Assembly (NCBI GenBank): GCA_964542475.1
Contig: CAZIUL010000005.1
Coordinates: 91,066-155,065, forward strand
From: an uncultured Phycisphaerales bacterium
GTDB lineage: Bacteria > Planctomycetota > B15-G4 > CAYZWU01
Direction: 5' to 3'
DNA: 64,000 bases
The notes under the pieces were generated by a model. The model was given only the letters and a program-made list of their open reading frames with translations. It had not been told where the DNA came from and ran no database searches. Position 1 is the stretch's first letter, and every line of letters begins with the position of its first letter. Below are positions 1 through 9,890 of the stretch, piece after piece. A program made the position numbers and the translations under genes.

Positions 1-1151
1 CGGATCCTGGGGGCGCGAACCCGGAAAATCCCGCTGGGGACAAGCGTTTCGATTATTTGCACATGAGAACCAGGCTTCGCTTTGATCTGGAGGTGATGGA
101 GAACATCGACGCTATCATCGAGCTCCAGGATGTGAGGACAATGGGGGAGAGTACGGTAAATGATAACGAGGGGGTGGACATCAAGAGGAGTGAGATTGTT
201 TTGACCGATCTTCTAGCAAAAAACCTTTCCATGGAAGCAGGCCGTTTTGTTCTGGCTTACGGCGATCAGCGCCTGATAGGACATCTCGAGTGGTGGGACC
301 AGGGCCGGACCTATGACGGAGTTCGCATTTCCTATGAACCCAGTGATTGGTATGTAGACTTTTTCGGGTTCAGAACAAACGACCTCGCAACCTCTGACGA
401 CAACGATCAGGACATGGTCGGGATCTACGCGGGCAAGGAAATAGCACCGCTTTTTAATGCCGAAGGTTATGTTCTACTTTACCGGGACCAGATACGGGAT
501 ACTGTAACGCCCACACCCTTGAACGTAACCGAAAAACGGTTCGTGACCGTGGGGATGCGCGCTTTCGGCGATGACATGGGATTCGATTACAGCGGCGAGG
601 TTGCTCTACAGAGGGGTGATGTCGGGGGAACCGACGACGATCTCAAGGCCTGGGCCTTCGCGGTTAAAGGCGGTTACACGCTTGATGAAGTCGCTTGCAA
701 GCCCCGCCTCGGCGTGGAGGTTGACTATGCTACAGGCGACCACCGCCCGGGAGACGGCGACTGCGAGCAGTTCCAGCACCTCTTCCCCACGAATCATGGG
801 CATTACGGCTACGCTGACCTCATGGGTTGGAGCAATATGTGGGATTTCCGCTCAGGTATTTCCATCGAACCGGCAAGCAACGTGTCAGCCTCTTTGGATT
901 TCCACCATCTCCTGCTTGCTGATGCGGACGGCGGCTGGATCAACGCGGGAGGAGGCATGATTCGAGCCGGCACCGAGAACGACTCTCGCCACATTGGAGA
1001 AGAGCTCGACCTTTCAATAAAGTGGAATCCTCTGAAGCCCCTTTCCTTTCTGACGGGCTGGTCACACTTTTTTCCGGGTGGGTTCGTGGACGACACCGGG
1101 CGCAGCAGGCAGGCGGATTTCTTTTACCTTCAGACCAGGCTGGTTTTTTAG
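1..1151 (+). CDS. Outer-membrane beta-barrel protein, alginate-export (AlgE)-like family. It is 5'-partial: the frame is open back to the window start.
   Basis: ORF 57..1151 continues in frame to nt 3 with no stop. It has alternating hydrophobic/polar beta-strand-like segments, is Gly/Asp/Tyr-rich, and ends with a C-terminal aromatic residue (…TRLVF), as beta-barrel proteins typically do. Confidence 0.4.
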   Translation, partial: DPGGANPENPAGDKRFDYLHMRTRLRFDLEVMENIDAIIELQDVRTMGESTVNDNEGVDIKRSEIVLTDLLAKNLSMEAGRFVLAYGDQRLIGHLEWWDQGRTYDGVRISYEPSDWYVDFFGFRTNDLATSDDNDQDMVGIYAGKEIAPLFNAEGYVLLYRDQIRDTVTPTPLNVTEKRFVTVGMRAFGDDMGFDYSGEVALQRGDVGGTDDDLKAWAFAVKGGYTLDEVACKPRLGVEVDYATGDHRPGDGDCEQFQHLFPTNHGHYGYADLMGWSNMWDFRSGISIEPASNVSASLDFHHLLLADADGGWINAGGGMIRAGTENDSRHIGEELDLSIKWNPLKPLSFLTGWSHFFPGGFVDDTGRSRQADFFYLQTRLVF

Positions 1152-1321
1152 CGCGGGCTCCGGATCCTGACGGGCGGGCACGTGGTTCGCCCGTATACGG
1201 TCAACTGTATGTTTGCGTTCATCGTATGGGCACGGGCACGGGCGGTTCGCGAACCGCCCCTTCTACAACGAATATCAGGCGTGAAGCGTACAGTCGTCTT
1301 TCTTCACGCTTCACACTTCTC

Positions 1322-2056
1322 TTACCCTCCGCCCGTGACGAGCAGGTTGTTTCCTGTGATGTAGGAAGATTCCTCTTTCAAGAGAAAGAGCACCGCGTTC
1401 ACCAGATCGCTGTATCGCGCATACCTTCCGGCCGGAATGGTTTTTACAGGGGGGCGGTTCACCGAGTTGAACATTGTTCCCGGGGAGATCATGTTCACAG
1501 TGATTCCCTTTGAGGCCTCTTCGCGTGCAAGACCTTTTGTGTAGACGAGAAGTGCGGTTTTGGCCATGTGGTATGTCGTGGTGCGCCCCTTGGAATCTAC
1601 CCCCTGGCAGGGGCCGTATCCCAGGTTGATGATGCGTCCGAACCCCTGCTCCCGCATCCCGGGAAGCGCCAGCCTGCAGCAGTAAAAAGCGCTGTTCAGG
1701 TTGGAGTCGATCACCCCTTGCCATTCCCCGGCGCTGATTCCGGATATAGGTTTCAGCAGAAACGAGCCCACGTTGTTGATGAGCACATCCACCTTGCCTA
1801 ATTTTCGTTCCACAACACCGAACATCCTCTCCACCTGTTTTTCGTCGGTGACATCCGCTTTGACCGTGATTGCGCGCTTTCCTTTCGCACGGATCTTTGC
1901 AGCCGTTCTTTTAGCTGCGTCTTCACGCGTCAGGTAGTGGACAGCTACGTCTCCGCCTGATTCGGCCAGTGCCATGGCGAAGGCGCTCCCCATCTTGCGG
2001 GAGCTTCCTGTTACCAGACAGACCCTGCCTTTCAGAAACAGCGCTTCGGTTTTCAT
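1322..2056 (-). CDS. Short-chain dehydrogenase/reductase (SDR family, FabG-like)
   Basis: N-terminal Rossmann motif LVTGSSRKMGSA. Catalytic YxxxK (Y-HMAK). Length 244 aa, typical for SDR. Confidence 0.85.
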   Translation of the reverse strand: MKTEALFLKGRVCLVTGSSRKMGSAFAMALAESGGDVAVHYLTREDAAKRTAAKIRAKGKRAITVKADVTDEKQVERMFGVVERKLGKVDVLINNVGSFLLKPISGISAGEWQGVIDSNLNSAFYCCRLALPGMREQGFGRIINLGYGPCQGVDSKGRTTTYHMAKTALLVYTKGLAREEASKGITVNMISPGTMFNSVNRPPVKTIPAGRYARYSDLVNAVLFLLKEESSYITGNNLLVTGGG

Positions 2057-2181
2057 GTATAGTCCTTCCAGAGGAGGCCTGACAAGTCCGACATGTCCGA
2101 CAAGAAAAGCGAGTTATAAAAAGCGCCCTTCCCGGATCGGAAAGGGCGCTTTATTAAACAACATCTGATTTCAGTCCGCGA

Positions 2182-4296
2182 TCAGCTGGACCAGTATTTT
2201 ACGAGAAGAGGAGCGATCACGAGGCTCACAACAGCCATGAGCTTGATGAGGATGTTGAGGCTCGGTCCCGCGGTGTCCTTGAACGGGTCGCCCACGGTAT
2301 CGCCCACAACAGCTGCCTTGTGGGTTTCGCTTCCCTTGCCCCCGAGGTTTCCCGCCTCGATGTGCTTTTTCGCGTTGTCCCACGCTCCGCCGGCGTTGGC
2401 CATGAAAAGAGCCATGAGAACGCCGGATGCGGTGACGCCCGCCAGAAGTCCGCCGAGCATCTCCGTGCCTCCTAGATAACCCACGGCAACAGGGGTGAGC
2501 ACAGCGATCAGGCCGGGTACTATCATCTGCTTGATGGCCGCGGCGGTTGATATGTCCACGCACCTTCGGTGATCAGCTTCCGCCTTGCCTTCCATGAGAC
2601 CGGGGATGTTCTTGAACTGGCGGCGCACCTCTTCGATCATGGCGAAAGCCGCGCGACCGACCGCGTTCATGGCATAGCTCGAGAACAGAAACGGCAGCAT
2701 GGTGCCGAGCAGGATGCCGACCATGACCAGGGGAACCATGAGGTCGATGGATTTCAGCTCCACGATCTGTGTATAAGCTGAAAAAAGCGCCAGGGCTGTC
2801 AAGGCTGCGGAGCCGATGGCAAAACCCTTTCCGATGGCCGCGGTTGTGTTGCCCACCGCATCCAGGCGGTCGGTCCGTTCGCGGACTTTCGGATCAAGGC
2901 CGGCCATCTCGGCGATTCCGCCGGCGTTGTCAGCAACCGGGCCGTACGCGTCGACAGCGAGCTGGATGCCGGTTGTTGACAGCATGCCCAGGGCCGCGAT
3001 ACCGATGCCGTAGAGCCCTGCTGTATTATATGCCACCAGGATTGTTGCTCCGAGCACGAGGATCGGGAACATTGTGCTTTTCATTCCGGTTCCGAGTCCT
3101 GCGATGATGTTGGTGGCTGCGCCGGTTTCGCTCTGCTTGGCTATATTCCGGGCGGGACCCTTGTTTTCAGCGGTGTAGTACTCGGTAATCAGCCCGATGG
3201 CGGTTCCGCCTGCCAGACCCGCGATTGTGGCCCAGAAGACTCCAATGGCCGAGTATTCGAACCCTTTGACGGTCCATGTTTCCGGGAGGAACTTCATGAT
3301 CAGGAAGTAGGATGCTATCAGCATGAGGATGGCTGCTCCGAACGTTCCGATGTTCAGCGCTGCTTGCGGATTTCCGCCTTCCTTGGTCCTGACGAAAAGC
3401 GTTCCCACTATGGAAACCACGATACCTACGCCTGCCAGCATGAGGGGAAGGAATACCGCCTGGAGGCCATCGAATCCGGCCCCTGTCATTTGCGGGATGA
3501 ATGCAGCGCCCAGGATCATGGAGCCCACGATTGAGCCCACGTACGATTCAAACAGGTCCGCGCCCATGCCTGCAACATCACCCACGTTGTCACCCACATT
3601 GTCAGCGATCACAGCAGGATTGCGGGGGTCGTCCTCCGGGATTCCCGCTTCCACCTTGCCCACAAGATCAGCGCCCACATCAGCAGCCTTGGTGTAGATT
3701 CCGCCGCCAACGCGCGCGAAAAGCGCGATTGAGCTGGCCCCGAGAGAAAACCCGGAAACCACCTGCAGCACCCTGGCCATGTTCCATCCTTCCAGGGCGA
3801 GGAATGTGTTCGAATAGATGATCATGAGTACGCTGAGTCCGATCACGCCAAGCCCCACAACGCTCATCCCCATGACTGCCCCGCCTGAGAACGCAATGGA
3901 AAGAGCCTTGGCGAGTCCGTCCCGGGCAGCGTTGGTGGTGCGAACGTTTGCCTTGGTCGCCACCTTCATGCCGAAGAAACCCGCCAGTCCCGAGCAGATG
4001 GCGCCGCAAACGAAAGAGATCCCGATCAGCCAGTGGCTGTTTTCGAGAGATGCGTTGCCCCATGCCAGGAGTATTGCAACGATCACCACGAATATCGCCA
4101 GGACCTTGTACTCACGCGCCAAGAACGCCATGGCACCTTCCTGGATGTGCCCGGCAATCTTTTTCATGGTGTCATTGCCGGCATCGATCCGGTTTATCGA
4201 CATCGATTTGACAATTGCGTAAAGGAGCGCTAACACTCCAGCCGCAGGAATCAGGTAAAACCACGTCGGAAATCCTGAAAAAACCATAAAACACAC
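2182..4296 (-). CDS. hppA: Membrane-bound K+-stimulated, H+/Na+-translocating pyrophosphatase
   Basis: About 700 aa polytopic membrane protein carrying conserved V-PPase motifs ([47 protein letters not shown]). The true start is probably the MVFSGF Met 3 codons downstream. Confidence 0.9.
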   Translation of the reverse strand: MCFMVFSGFPTWFYLIPAAGVLALLYAIVKSMSINRIDAGNDTMKKIAGHIQEGAMAFLAREYKVLAIFVVIVAILLAWGNASLENSHWLIGISFVCGAICSGLAGFFGMKVATKANVRTTNAARDGLAKALSIAFSGGAVMGMSVVGLGVIGLSVLMIIYSNTFLALEGWNMARVLQVVSGFSLGASSIALFARVGGGIYTKAADVGADLVGKVEAGIPEDDPRNPAVIADNVGDNVGDVAGMGADLFESYVGSIVGSMILGAAFIPQMTGAGFDGLQAVFLPLMLAGVGIVVSIVGTLFVRTKEGGNPQAALNIGTFGAAILMLIASYFLIMKFLPETWTVKGFEYSAIGVFWATIAGLAGGTAIGLITEYYTAENKGPARNIAKQSETGAATNIIAGLGTGMKSTMFPILVLGATILVAYNTAGLYGIGIAALGMLSTTGIQLAVDAYGPVADNAGGIAEMAGLDPKVRERTDRLDAVGNTTAAIGKGFAIGSAALTALALFSAYTQIVELKSIDLMVPLVMVGILLGTMLPFLFSSYAMNAVGRAAFAMIEEVRRQFKNIPGLMEGKAEADHRRCVDISTAAAIKQMIVPGLIAVLTPVAVGYLGGTEMLGGLLAGVTASGVLMALFMANAGGAWDNAKKHIEAGNLGGKGSETHKAAVVGDTVGDPFKDTAGPSLNILIKLMAVVSLVIAPLLVKYWSS

Positions 4297-4650
4297 TCCT
4301 AAAAAGAATTACAGATAAAGTATACGCTGATTTATTCGTAAACAACAGCTAACAATCGATTATTAGAGAGAACGGGAAAAGGCTTGTTCAATGAACCCGA
4401 ATGAGTTGGCAATTCGAAACCTGATAAAATAGCAGGGAGATCAGAATAAAAAAAGGAAAAAAACACTGATTCTTATTCTTGATCCGCGCTTGTTCCGCAC
4501 TCAAAACATACATGCTTCATTTCCCGGCCCGGCTTCAGCTCATAACTCCCGGGAATTCCACAAACCTTTTGGAACTTTGTCCTCCATGCCATTTTATCCT
4601 TGTATCTAATGGTATGTTATTCAACGTGTTACAGTTTATTCTTTTTTTAC

Positions 4651-4681
4651 TTGAAAAGGGTAGGGTAGTTGGTTCTAAAAT
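4651..4681 (+). promoter_or_regulatory. Candidate sigma70-like promoter upstream of sat
   Basis: TTGAAA (4651-4656) and TAAAAT (4676-4681) lie in an AT-rich tract about 55 nt upstream of the sat start. The spacer is 19 nt, which is suboptimal. Confidence 0.2.
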
Positions 4682-4733
4682 CGTTTTCTTTTGTCATCAT
4701 TTACAAGATGTTTGCTAAAAAAAGGATCAAACC

Positions 4734-5972
4734 ATGGCTAAATCCAACCTTGTTCCCCCACACGGCGGCGGGGATTTGAAACCGTTACTGCTCGATGGAA
4801 AAGAGCTCGGAGCAGAACTAACAAAAGCGAAGGATCTCCCCAAGGTCCTGATGACTTCCAGGGAAACCAGCGACTGTATCATGCTGGGAATAGGGGCGTT
4901 TACGCCTCTCGAAGGCTTCATGAACAAGGCGGACTGGCAGGGAGTCTGCGACAAGATGGTCATGAGCAACGGTGTTTTCTGGCCCATCCCCATCACCCTT
5001 TCCACGGACAAGGGAACCGCGGGCGAGATCTCCGACGGTTCAGAGGTCGCTCTCTGGGACGAGGAAAACAACGAGCTGATCGCCACCATGAAGGTGACGG
5101 AGAAGTACACCATCGACAAGAAGTACGAGTGCAAGTCGGTTTACACGACCGACGACACCGAGCATCCCGGCGTGGCCAAGGTAATGGATCAGAAAGACAT
5201 CAACCTTGCCGGCCCGATCAAGGTTCTCTCCGAAAGCTTCTACCCGGAAGAGTTCAAAGAGATTTACCAACGTCCTGCCGAGTCCCGGAAGATTTTCGAG
5301 GATAAAGGTTGGGTAAAAGTCGCTGCTCTCCAGCTCAGGAATCCGATGCACCGTTCTCACGAATACCTGGCCAAGATCGCCATCGAGGTGTGCGACGGCC
5401 TCTACATCCACCAGCTCGTGGGCAAGCTGAAAGCCGGCGACATTCCCGGTGACGTGCGAGTCCAAGCCATTGGAGCGCTCGTGGACAACTATTTTGTGGA
5501 CAACACCGTTGTCCAGGGCGGATACCCGATGGAGATGCGTTATGCCGGTCCTCGCGAGGCCCTGCTTCACGCGGTCTTCCGCCAGAACTACGGCTGCTCC
5601 CACCTGATCGTTGGCCGCGACCACGCGGGCGTGGGCGACTACTACGGCCCGTTCGATGCGCAAACGATTTTCAACGATATCCCCAAGGGCGCTCTCGAGC
5701 TGCAGCCGCTTCCCATCGACTGGACCTTTCACTGCTACAAATGCGGCGGGATGGCTTCCATGAAAACCTGCCCCCACGGCAAGGACGACCGCCTGCTTCT
5801 GTCCGGTACAATGGTCCGCAAGACACTGTCCGAGGGCGAAGAGCTTCCCAAAGAGTTCAGCCGTCCCGAGGTGGTTGCAATTTTGCAGGAGTACTACCAG
5901 AACCTGGATGATAAGGTCGAAGTCAAGCTTCACGGGGCTGCTACCGGCGATGTGAAGAAAGACAAAAAATAA
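4734..5972 (+). CDS. sat: Sulfate adenylyltransferase (ATP sulfurylase)
   Basis: [13 protein letters not shown] and [12 protein letters not shown] signatures of homo-oligomeric ATP sulfurylase. AGGAT ribosome-binding site 9 nt upstream. Confidence 0.95.
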   Translation: MAKSNLVPPHGGGDLKPLLLDGKELGAELTKAKDLPKVLMTSRETSDCIMLGIGAFTPLEGFMNKADWQGVCDKMVMSNGVFWPIPITLSTDKGTAGEISDGSEVALWDEENNELIATMKVTEKYTIDKKYECKSVYTTDDTEHPGVAKVMDQKDINLAGPIKVLSESFYPEEFKEIYQRPAESRKIFEDKGWVKVAALQLRNPMHRSHEYLAKIAIEVCDGLYIHQLVGKLKAGDIPGDVRVQAIGALVDNYFVDNTVVQGGYPMEMRYAGPREALLHAVFRQNYGCSHLIVGRDHAGVGDYYGPFDAQTIFNDIPKGALELQPLPIDWTFHCYKCGGMASMKTCPHGKDDRLLLSGTMVRKTLSEGEELPKEFSRPEVVAILQEYYQNLDDKVEVKLHGAATGDVKKDKK

Positions 5973-6045
5973 CGGGGCTCGTTGCCTCGATGCAGAGATA
6001 CAGCATTAGTTCTAAAACAAGTTAATCTTTTGGTTTACAAATTTG

Positions 6046-6090
6046 GGGCGGATGAACCTCATCCGTCCCTCGGTTCCTAAGTTTTTGGGA
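6046..6090 (+). terminator. Possible attenuator or terminator hairpin between sat and aprB
   Basis: GGCGGATGA-acct-TCATCCGTCC stem, followed by GTTTTTGGG. Confidence 0.25.
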
Positions 6091-6099
6091 GGATTATGA

Positions 6100-6540
6100 A
6101 TGCCCAGTTATGTAATTCCTGAAAAATGTGACGGGTGCAAGGCGCTGGACAAGACCGCTTGCCAGTACGTTTGCCCCAACGATCTGATGGTTTTGGACAA
6201 GAAAACCGAGAAGGCTTACAACCAAGAGCCGGACACCTGCTGGGAGTGCCAGTGCTGCGTCAAGATCTGCCCCACCCAGGCGGTCGAGGTCAGAGGATAC
6301 GCCGACTTCATTCCCATGGGCGCGAGCGTTACCCCCTTGCGGAGTACCGACTCGATCATGTGGACGGTCAAGTTCCGCAACGGTTCCATCAAGCGTTTCA
6401 AGTTCCCCATCCGGACGACGGAAGAAGGCAAGGCAGAGCCTGCCGGTGGTTTCGACACCGGAACCGAGGATATCCATGATGCGACTCTTTACACGGAGCC
6501 GACATCGCTTGGCCTGGACAAGGTCTGGACCAGGGGCTAG
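6100..6540 (+). CDS. aprB: Adenylylsulfate (APS) reductase beta subunit
   Basis: Two [4Fe-4S] ferredoxin motifs (CDGCKAL…CQYVCP; CWECQCCVKICP) and the characteristic C-terminal AprB tail. GGAGG ribosome-binding site. Confidence 0.95.
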   Translation: MPSYVIPEKCDGCKALDKTACQYVCPNDLMVLDKKTEKAYNQEPDTCWECQCCVKICPTQAVEVRGYADFIPMGASVTPLRSTDSIMWTVKFRNGSIKRFKFPIRTTEEGKAEPAGGFDTGTEDIHDATLYTEPTSLGLDKVWTRG

Positions 6541-6642
6541 AACCGGGAACGATTGATTTTCCGGATCCGGTCGAATTGGTAGCTCATTCAACAAAAAGTA
6601 AAAATGAAAACGTAGCAGAATACAATTCATGGAGGTAGCAAA

Positions 6643-8529
6643 GTGGCCAATTTTGAAACTGTCGAAGTCACCACTGATCTGTTGATCGTGGGTGGTGGAA
6701 TGGCTTCCTGCGGCGCAGCCGTTGAAGCCTCTTACTGGGCCAAGAAAAACGGCCTGAAGGTAACCTTGGTTGACAAGGCCGGGATAGACCGCAGCGGCGC
6801 TGTCGCGATGGGGCTGTCCGCCATCAACCAGTATGTCGGCCTGAAAGACGGCGACAACACTGTGAAAGATTATGTGGATTATGTCCGCAACGACCTTATG
6901 GGCGTCGCCCGCGAGGATCTCGTTGCAAGCATCGCCCGTCACGTCGATGGAAGCGTGCATCTTTTCGAGAAGTGGGGACTCCCCATCTGGAAGGACGACG
7001 AAGGCAAGTACGTGCACGAGGGCAGGTGGCAGCTCATGATCAACGGTGAGTCGTACAAGGTCATCGTTGCCGAGGCTGCAAAGAACGCGCTGACCGAGAA
7101 CGGGCACGAGTACTTCGAGCGCGTCTACATCACCGAGCCGCTCATGGACGGTGACCGCGTTGCAGGCGCTGTCGGTTTCAGCGTACGCGACAACAAGTTC
7201 TATGTATTCAAGGCCAAGGCCGTGCTTTGCGCCATGGGCGGCGCTGTGCATGTGTTCAGGCCCAGGTCCACGGGCGAGGGTCTCGGGCGTTCCTGGTATC
7301 CTCCGTTCAACTCCGGCTCCAGCGCTTACTTCACACTGAGGGCCGGCGCCGAGATGACCTGCCAGGAAGTTCGCTTCATTCCCATCCGGTTCAAGGACGC
7401 ATACGGCCCTGTGGGCGCGTGGTTCCTGCTTTTCAAGTCCCGCGCTACCAACGCCTTCGGCGGAGAGTACATGCAGGAGCGCAGGGATGAGCTTCAGAAC
7501 TGGGCTCCATACGGGCTGGTAAAGCCGATTCCGGCAAACCTTCGCAACTGGCTCGGGATGCTCGACATCATGGAAGGCAAGGGCCCGATCTTCATGAGAA
7601 CAGAAGAAGCCATGCAAAAGATCGCGGACAAGTACAAGGACGATCCCAAGGCCCTCAAGAAGAAGAAAAAAGAGCTCGAGTCCGAGGCTTGGGAAGACTT
7701 CCTTGATATGACCATTTCCCAGGCTCACCTGTGGGCTGCCACGAATGTCCAGCCCGAGGAAAAATCCTCGGAAATCGCTGCTTGCGAGCCGTACTTCATC
7801 GGTTCCCACTCCGGCGCTTCCGGCGCCTGGGTCAGCGGCCCCGAGGACCTGGCTCCCGACGAATACTTCTGGGGCTATGCGCACATGAGCACGCTGAACG
7901 GCCTCTTCTGTGCCGGCGACGCTTCGGGCGCATCCAGCCACAAGTTCTCCTCCGGCTCGCACGCCGAGGGCAGGATCGCCGGTAAAGCGGCTGTTGCCTA
8001 CATCGTGGACAACAACTCACAGCCCAATGTGGACATGGCTGCGGTCGAGAAGATCAAAGAAGTTACATACAATCCGTTCGATCTTTTCGAGAAAAACCAG
8101 GACAAGTCCACTGACCCGACCGTGAACCCCGAGTACATCCGGCCCCGCCAGTTCATGTTCCGCCTCCAGAAGATCATGGACGAGTACGCAGGCGGCGTGT
8201 CCGCGCAGTTCAGCACCAACAAGTTCCAGCTCGAGAGAGGTATGGAGCTTCTCGCCTTCCTCAAGGAAGATTCCGAGAAGCTCGCCGCCGAAACGGGCGA
8301 CTACCACGAACTGATGAGGTGCTGGGAAGCGGTTCACCGCATGTGGCAGGCCGAGGCTCACGTGCGCACGGTTCTTTTCCGCGAGGAGACCCGTTGGCCA
8401 GGCTACTATTTCCGTTCAGACACTCCCAAGATGAGTGATGACTGGGCATGCTTTGCCAACTGCAAGTGGGATCCCAAGAGCGGCGAATGGGAGATGATGA
8501 AGAAACCCATCATCAGCATGAACCTCTAA
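6643..8529 (+). CDS. aprA: Adenylylsulfate (APS) reductase alpha subunit (FAD flavoprotein)
   Basis: FAD-binding GGGMASCGAA N-terminus. 628 aa of fumarate-reductase-family flavoprotein, immediately downstream of aprB. GTG start with a GGAGG ribosome-binding site. Confidence 0.95.
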   Translation: MANFETVEVTTDLLIVGGGMASCGAAVEASYWAKKNGLKVTLVDKAGIDRSGAVAMGLSAINQYVGLKDGDNTVKDYVDYVRNDLMGVAREDLVASIARHVDGSVHLFEKWGLPIWKDDEGKYVHEGRWQLMINGESYKVIVAEAAKNALTENGHEYFERVYITEPLMDGDRVAGAVGFSVRDNKFYVFKAKAVLCAMGGAVHVFRPRSTGEGLGRSWYPPFNSGSSAYFTLRAGAEMTCQEVRFIPIRFKDAYGPVGAWFLLFKSRATNAFGGEYMQERRDELQNWAPYGLVKPIPANLRNWLGMLDIMEGKGPIFMRTEEAMQKIADKYKDDPKALKKKKKELESEAWEDFLDMTISQAHLWAATNVQPEEKSSEIAACEPYFIGSHSGASGAWVSGPEDLAPDEYFWGYAHMSTLNGLFCAGDASGASSHKFSSGSHAEGRIAGKAAVAYIVDNNSQPNVDMAAVEKIKEVTYNPFDLFEKNQDKSTDPTVNPEYIRPRQFMFRLQKIMDEYAGGVSAQFSTNKFQLERGMELLAFLKEDSEKLAAETGDYHELMRCWEAVHRMWQAEAHVRTVLFREETRWPGYYFRSDTPKMSDDWACFANCKWDPKSGEWEMMKKPIISMNL

Positions 8530-8607
8530 GCGTTTTACAGGCTTTCGCTGTGCTGTTGCGATATGCCTTACAGCACGGCGGATAGCTTTTCAGAACGAAA
8601 CACGACA

Positions 8608-8646
8608 GTCAACAGGCGCCGTATAGGCGCCTGTTGACGCTTTTCT
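8608..8646 (+). terminator. Rho-independent terminator after aprA
   Basis: Perfect 13-bp stem GTCAACAGGCGCC-gtata-GGCGCCTGTTGAC, followed by GCTTTTCT. Confidence 0.7.
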
Positions 8647-8665
8647 GACAAGGCTGCTGAGAGCG

Positions 8666-8944
8666 ATGACTGAAAAGACGATGGAAAACTGTCCCCACTG
8701 CGATGTCAAGCTGTTGAGATGGCTGAATCCTGATGAATCTTCATGGGGGTTGGGGTATCAAAAGGTTTGCTTCAACGATGAGTGTCCATATTTCCAAAGG
8801 GGATGGAAATGGATGCAGAAGAAATACAATGTGAAAGCATCGTACCGCTTTCGCTATAACCCTGAAAACGGCGCAACAGGTCCTTTGCCGGTCTGGACTA
8901 TGACAGCGGGCAGGGGTAATATTGCCGAGGAGGCCGATGAGTAG
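8666..8944 (+). CDS. Small Zn-ribbon-like hypothetical protein (CxxC…CxxxC)
   Basis: 92-aa ORF with CPHCDV and CFNDECPYF motifs. Located between the aprA terminator and the YkgJ-like gene. Confidence 0.45.
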   Translation: MTEKTMENCPHCDVKLLRWLNPDESSWGLGYQKVCFNDECPYFQRGWKWMQKKYNVKASYRFRYNPENGATGPLPVWTMTAGRGNIAEEADE

Positions 8945-8997
8945 GCACGGCTCCTGCAGTTTCTTGACGCTCTACATTGAAAAAAACGAGGATTCCC

Positions 8998-9798
8998 ATG
9001 GATGTGATGAAGAACCTGGATAACCTGAAAAAGTCCGTGCTGAAAGACTATCCGAGAATGACGCTTGACAGCAAGTTCCGGTTCAAATGCCACCCTGGAG
9101 TCGAATGTTTCAACAGGTGCTGCGCGGACGTGAACATCTTCCTGACTCCTTACGATGTGCTCAGGATGAAGAACAGGCTCGGAATCACATCGACAGAGTT
9201 CATGAACCGCTACACAGCCCTGCCCATCGACAAGAAACAGAAATACCCGGTGGTCCTCTTCCATTTAAAGGAAGACGAAGCCAAGAGCTGTCATTTCGTG
9301 GATTCTGAAAAGGGATGCACGATTTACGAGGACCGTCCCTGGGCGTGCCGCATCTATCCGATAGGACTGGCTTCACCCAAGGAGGGGAGCGTCGAGGGAG
9401 AAGAAGAGTTCTATTTCCTGTTGAAAGAAGATGTGTGCCTGGGGCACGATGATGAATGCGAGTTCACCGTGAGGCAGTGGATCGATAACCAGGGTGTAAA
9501 CGAGCACGACGAGTTCGGAATGCTTTACAAGGAGCTCACACTGCACGATTTTTTCGAGAAGGGGGGAGAGCTTAACGCACAGCAGATGGAGATGTTCTAC
9601 ACCGCGTGCTACGATCTGGACATGTTCAAGCGTTTTGTTTTCGAGAGCTCGTTTTTGAAACGGTTCGAGGTTGAGCCCGAGGTTGTCGACGCCGCAAAAA
9701 AAGATGACGAGGCCCTGCTGAGGTTTGCTTTCAGATGGCTCAAGTTCTGCCTTTTTGGGGAAAAAACCATGAAGGTCGTGGATAAGATTAAGAAGTAG
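8998..9798 (+). CDS. YkgJ/UPF0153-family putative Fe-S/Zn-binding protein (Cx4Cx3CC motif)
   Basis: Cys cluster KCHPGVECFNRCC plus downstream CHF…C…C. ATG at 8998 with a GAGGA ribosome-binding site. The ORF-track start at 8977 is a TTG codon. Confidence 0.5.
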   Translation: MDVMKNLDNLKKSVLKDYPRMTLDSKFRFKCHPGVECFNRCCADVNIFLTPYDVLRMKNRLGITSTEFMNRYTALPIDKKQKYPVVLFHLKEDEAKSCHFVDSEKGCTIYEDRPWACRIYPIGLASPKEGSVEGEEEFYFLLKEDVCLGHDDECEFTVRQWIDNQGVNEHDEFGMLYKELTLHDFFEKGGELNAQQMEMFYTACYDLDMFKRFVFESSFLKRFEVEPEVVDAAKKDDEALLRFAFRWLKFCLFGEKTMKVVDKIKK

Positions 9799-9810
9799 AA
9801 AGTAGAAGCG

Positions 9811-9862
9811 GAAGAAAGAAAGAAGAAGAGAACCACGGATAAACACGGATTAACACGGACAA
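9811..9862 (+). repeat. Purine-rich plus CACGGAT direct-repeat element (family C, copy 1)
   Basis: GAAGAAAGAAAGAAGAAGAG followed by AACCACGGAT-AAACACGGAT-TAACACGGAC with ~10-bp periodicity. Related copies at 29913-30000 and 31288-31330. Confidence 0.6.
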
Positions 9863-9890
9863 TTTTCCTTGGCGAAGCAGGAGAGAGTTC

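Noticed and set aside
6094-7962. 622-aa ORF on the minus strand
   Set aside because: It is entirely antisense to aprA, whose identity is unambiguous. Long spurious antisense ORFs are expected at this GC content. The same applies to 5040..5933 (antisense to sat), 15667..16605 (dsrA), 19651..21117 (dsrL), 23989..24843 (dsrK), 42691..43956 (hdrB/frdB), 46073..47434 (ACD), 54983..55429 and 36423..36959.
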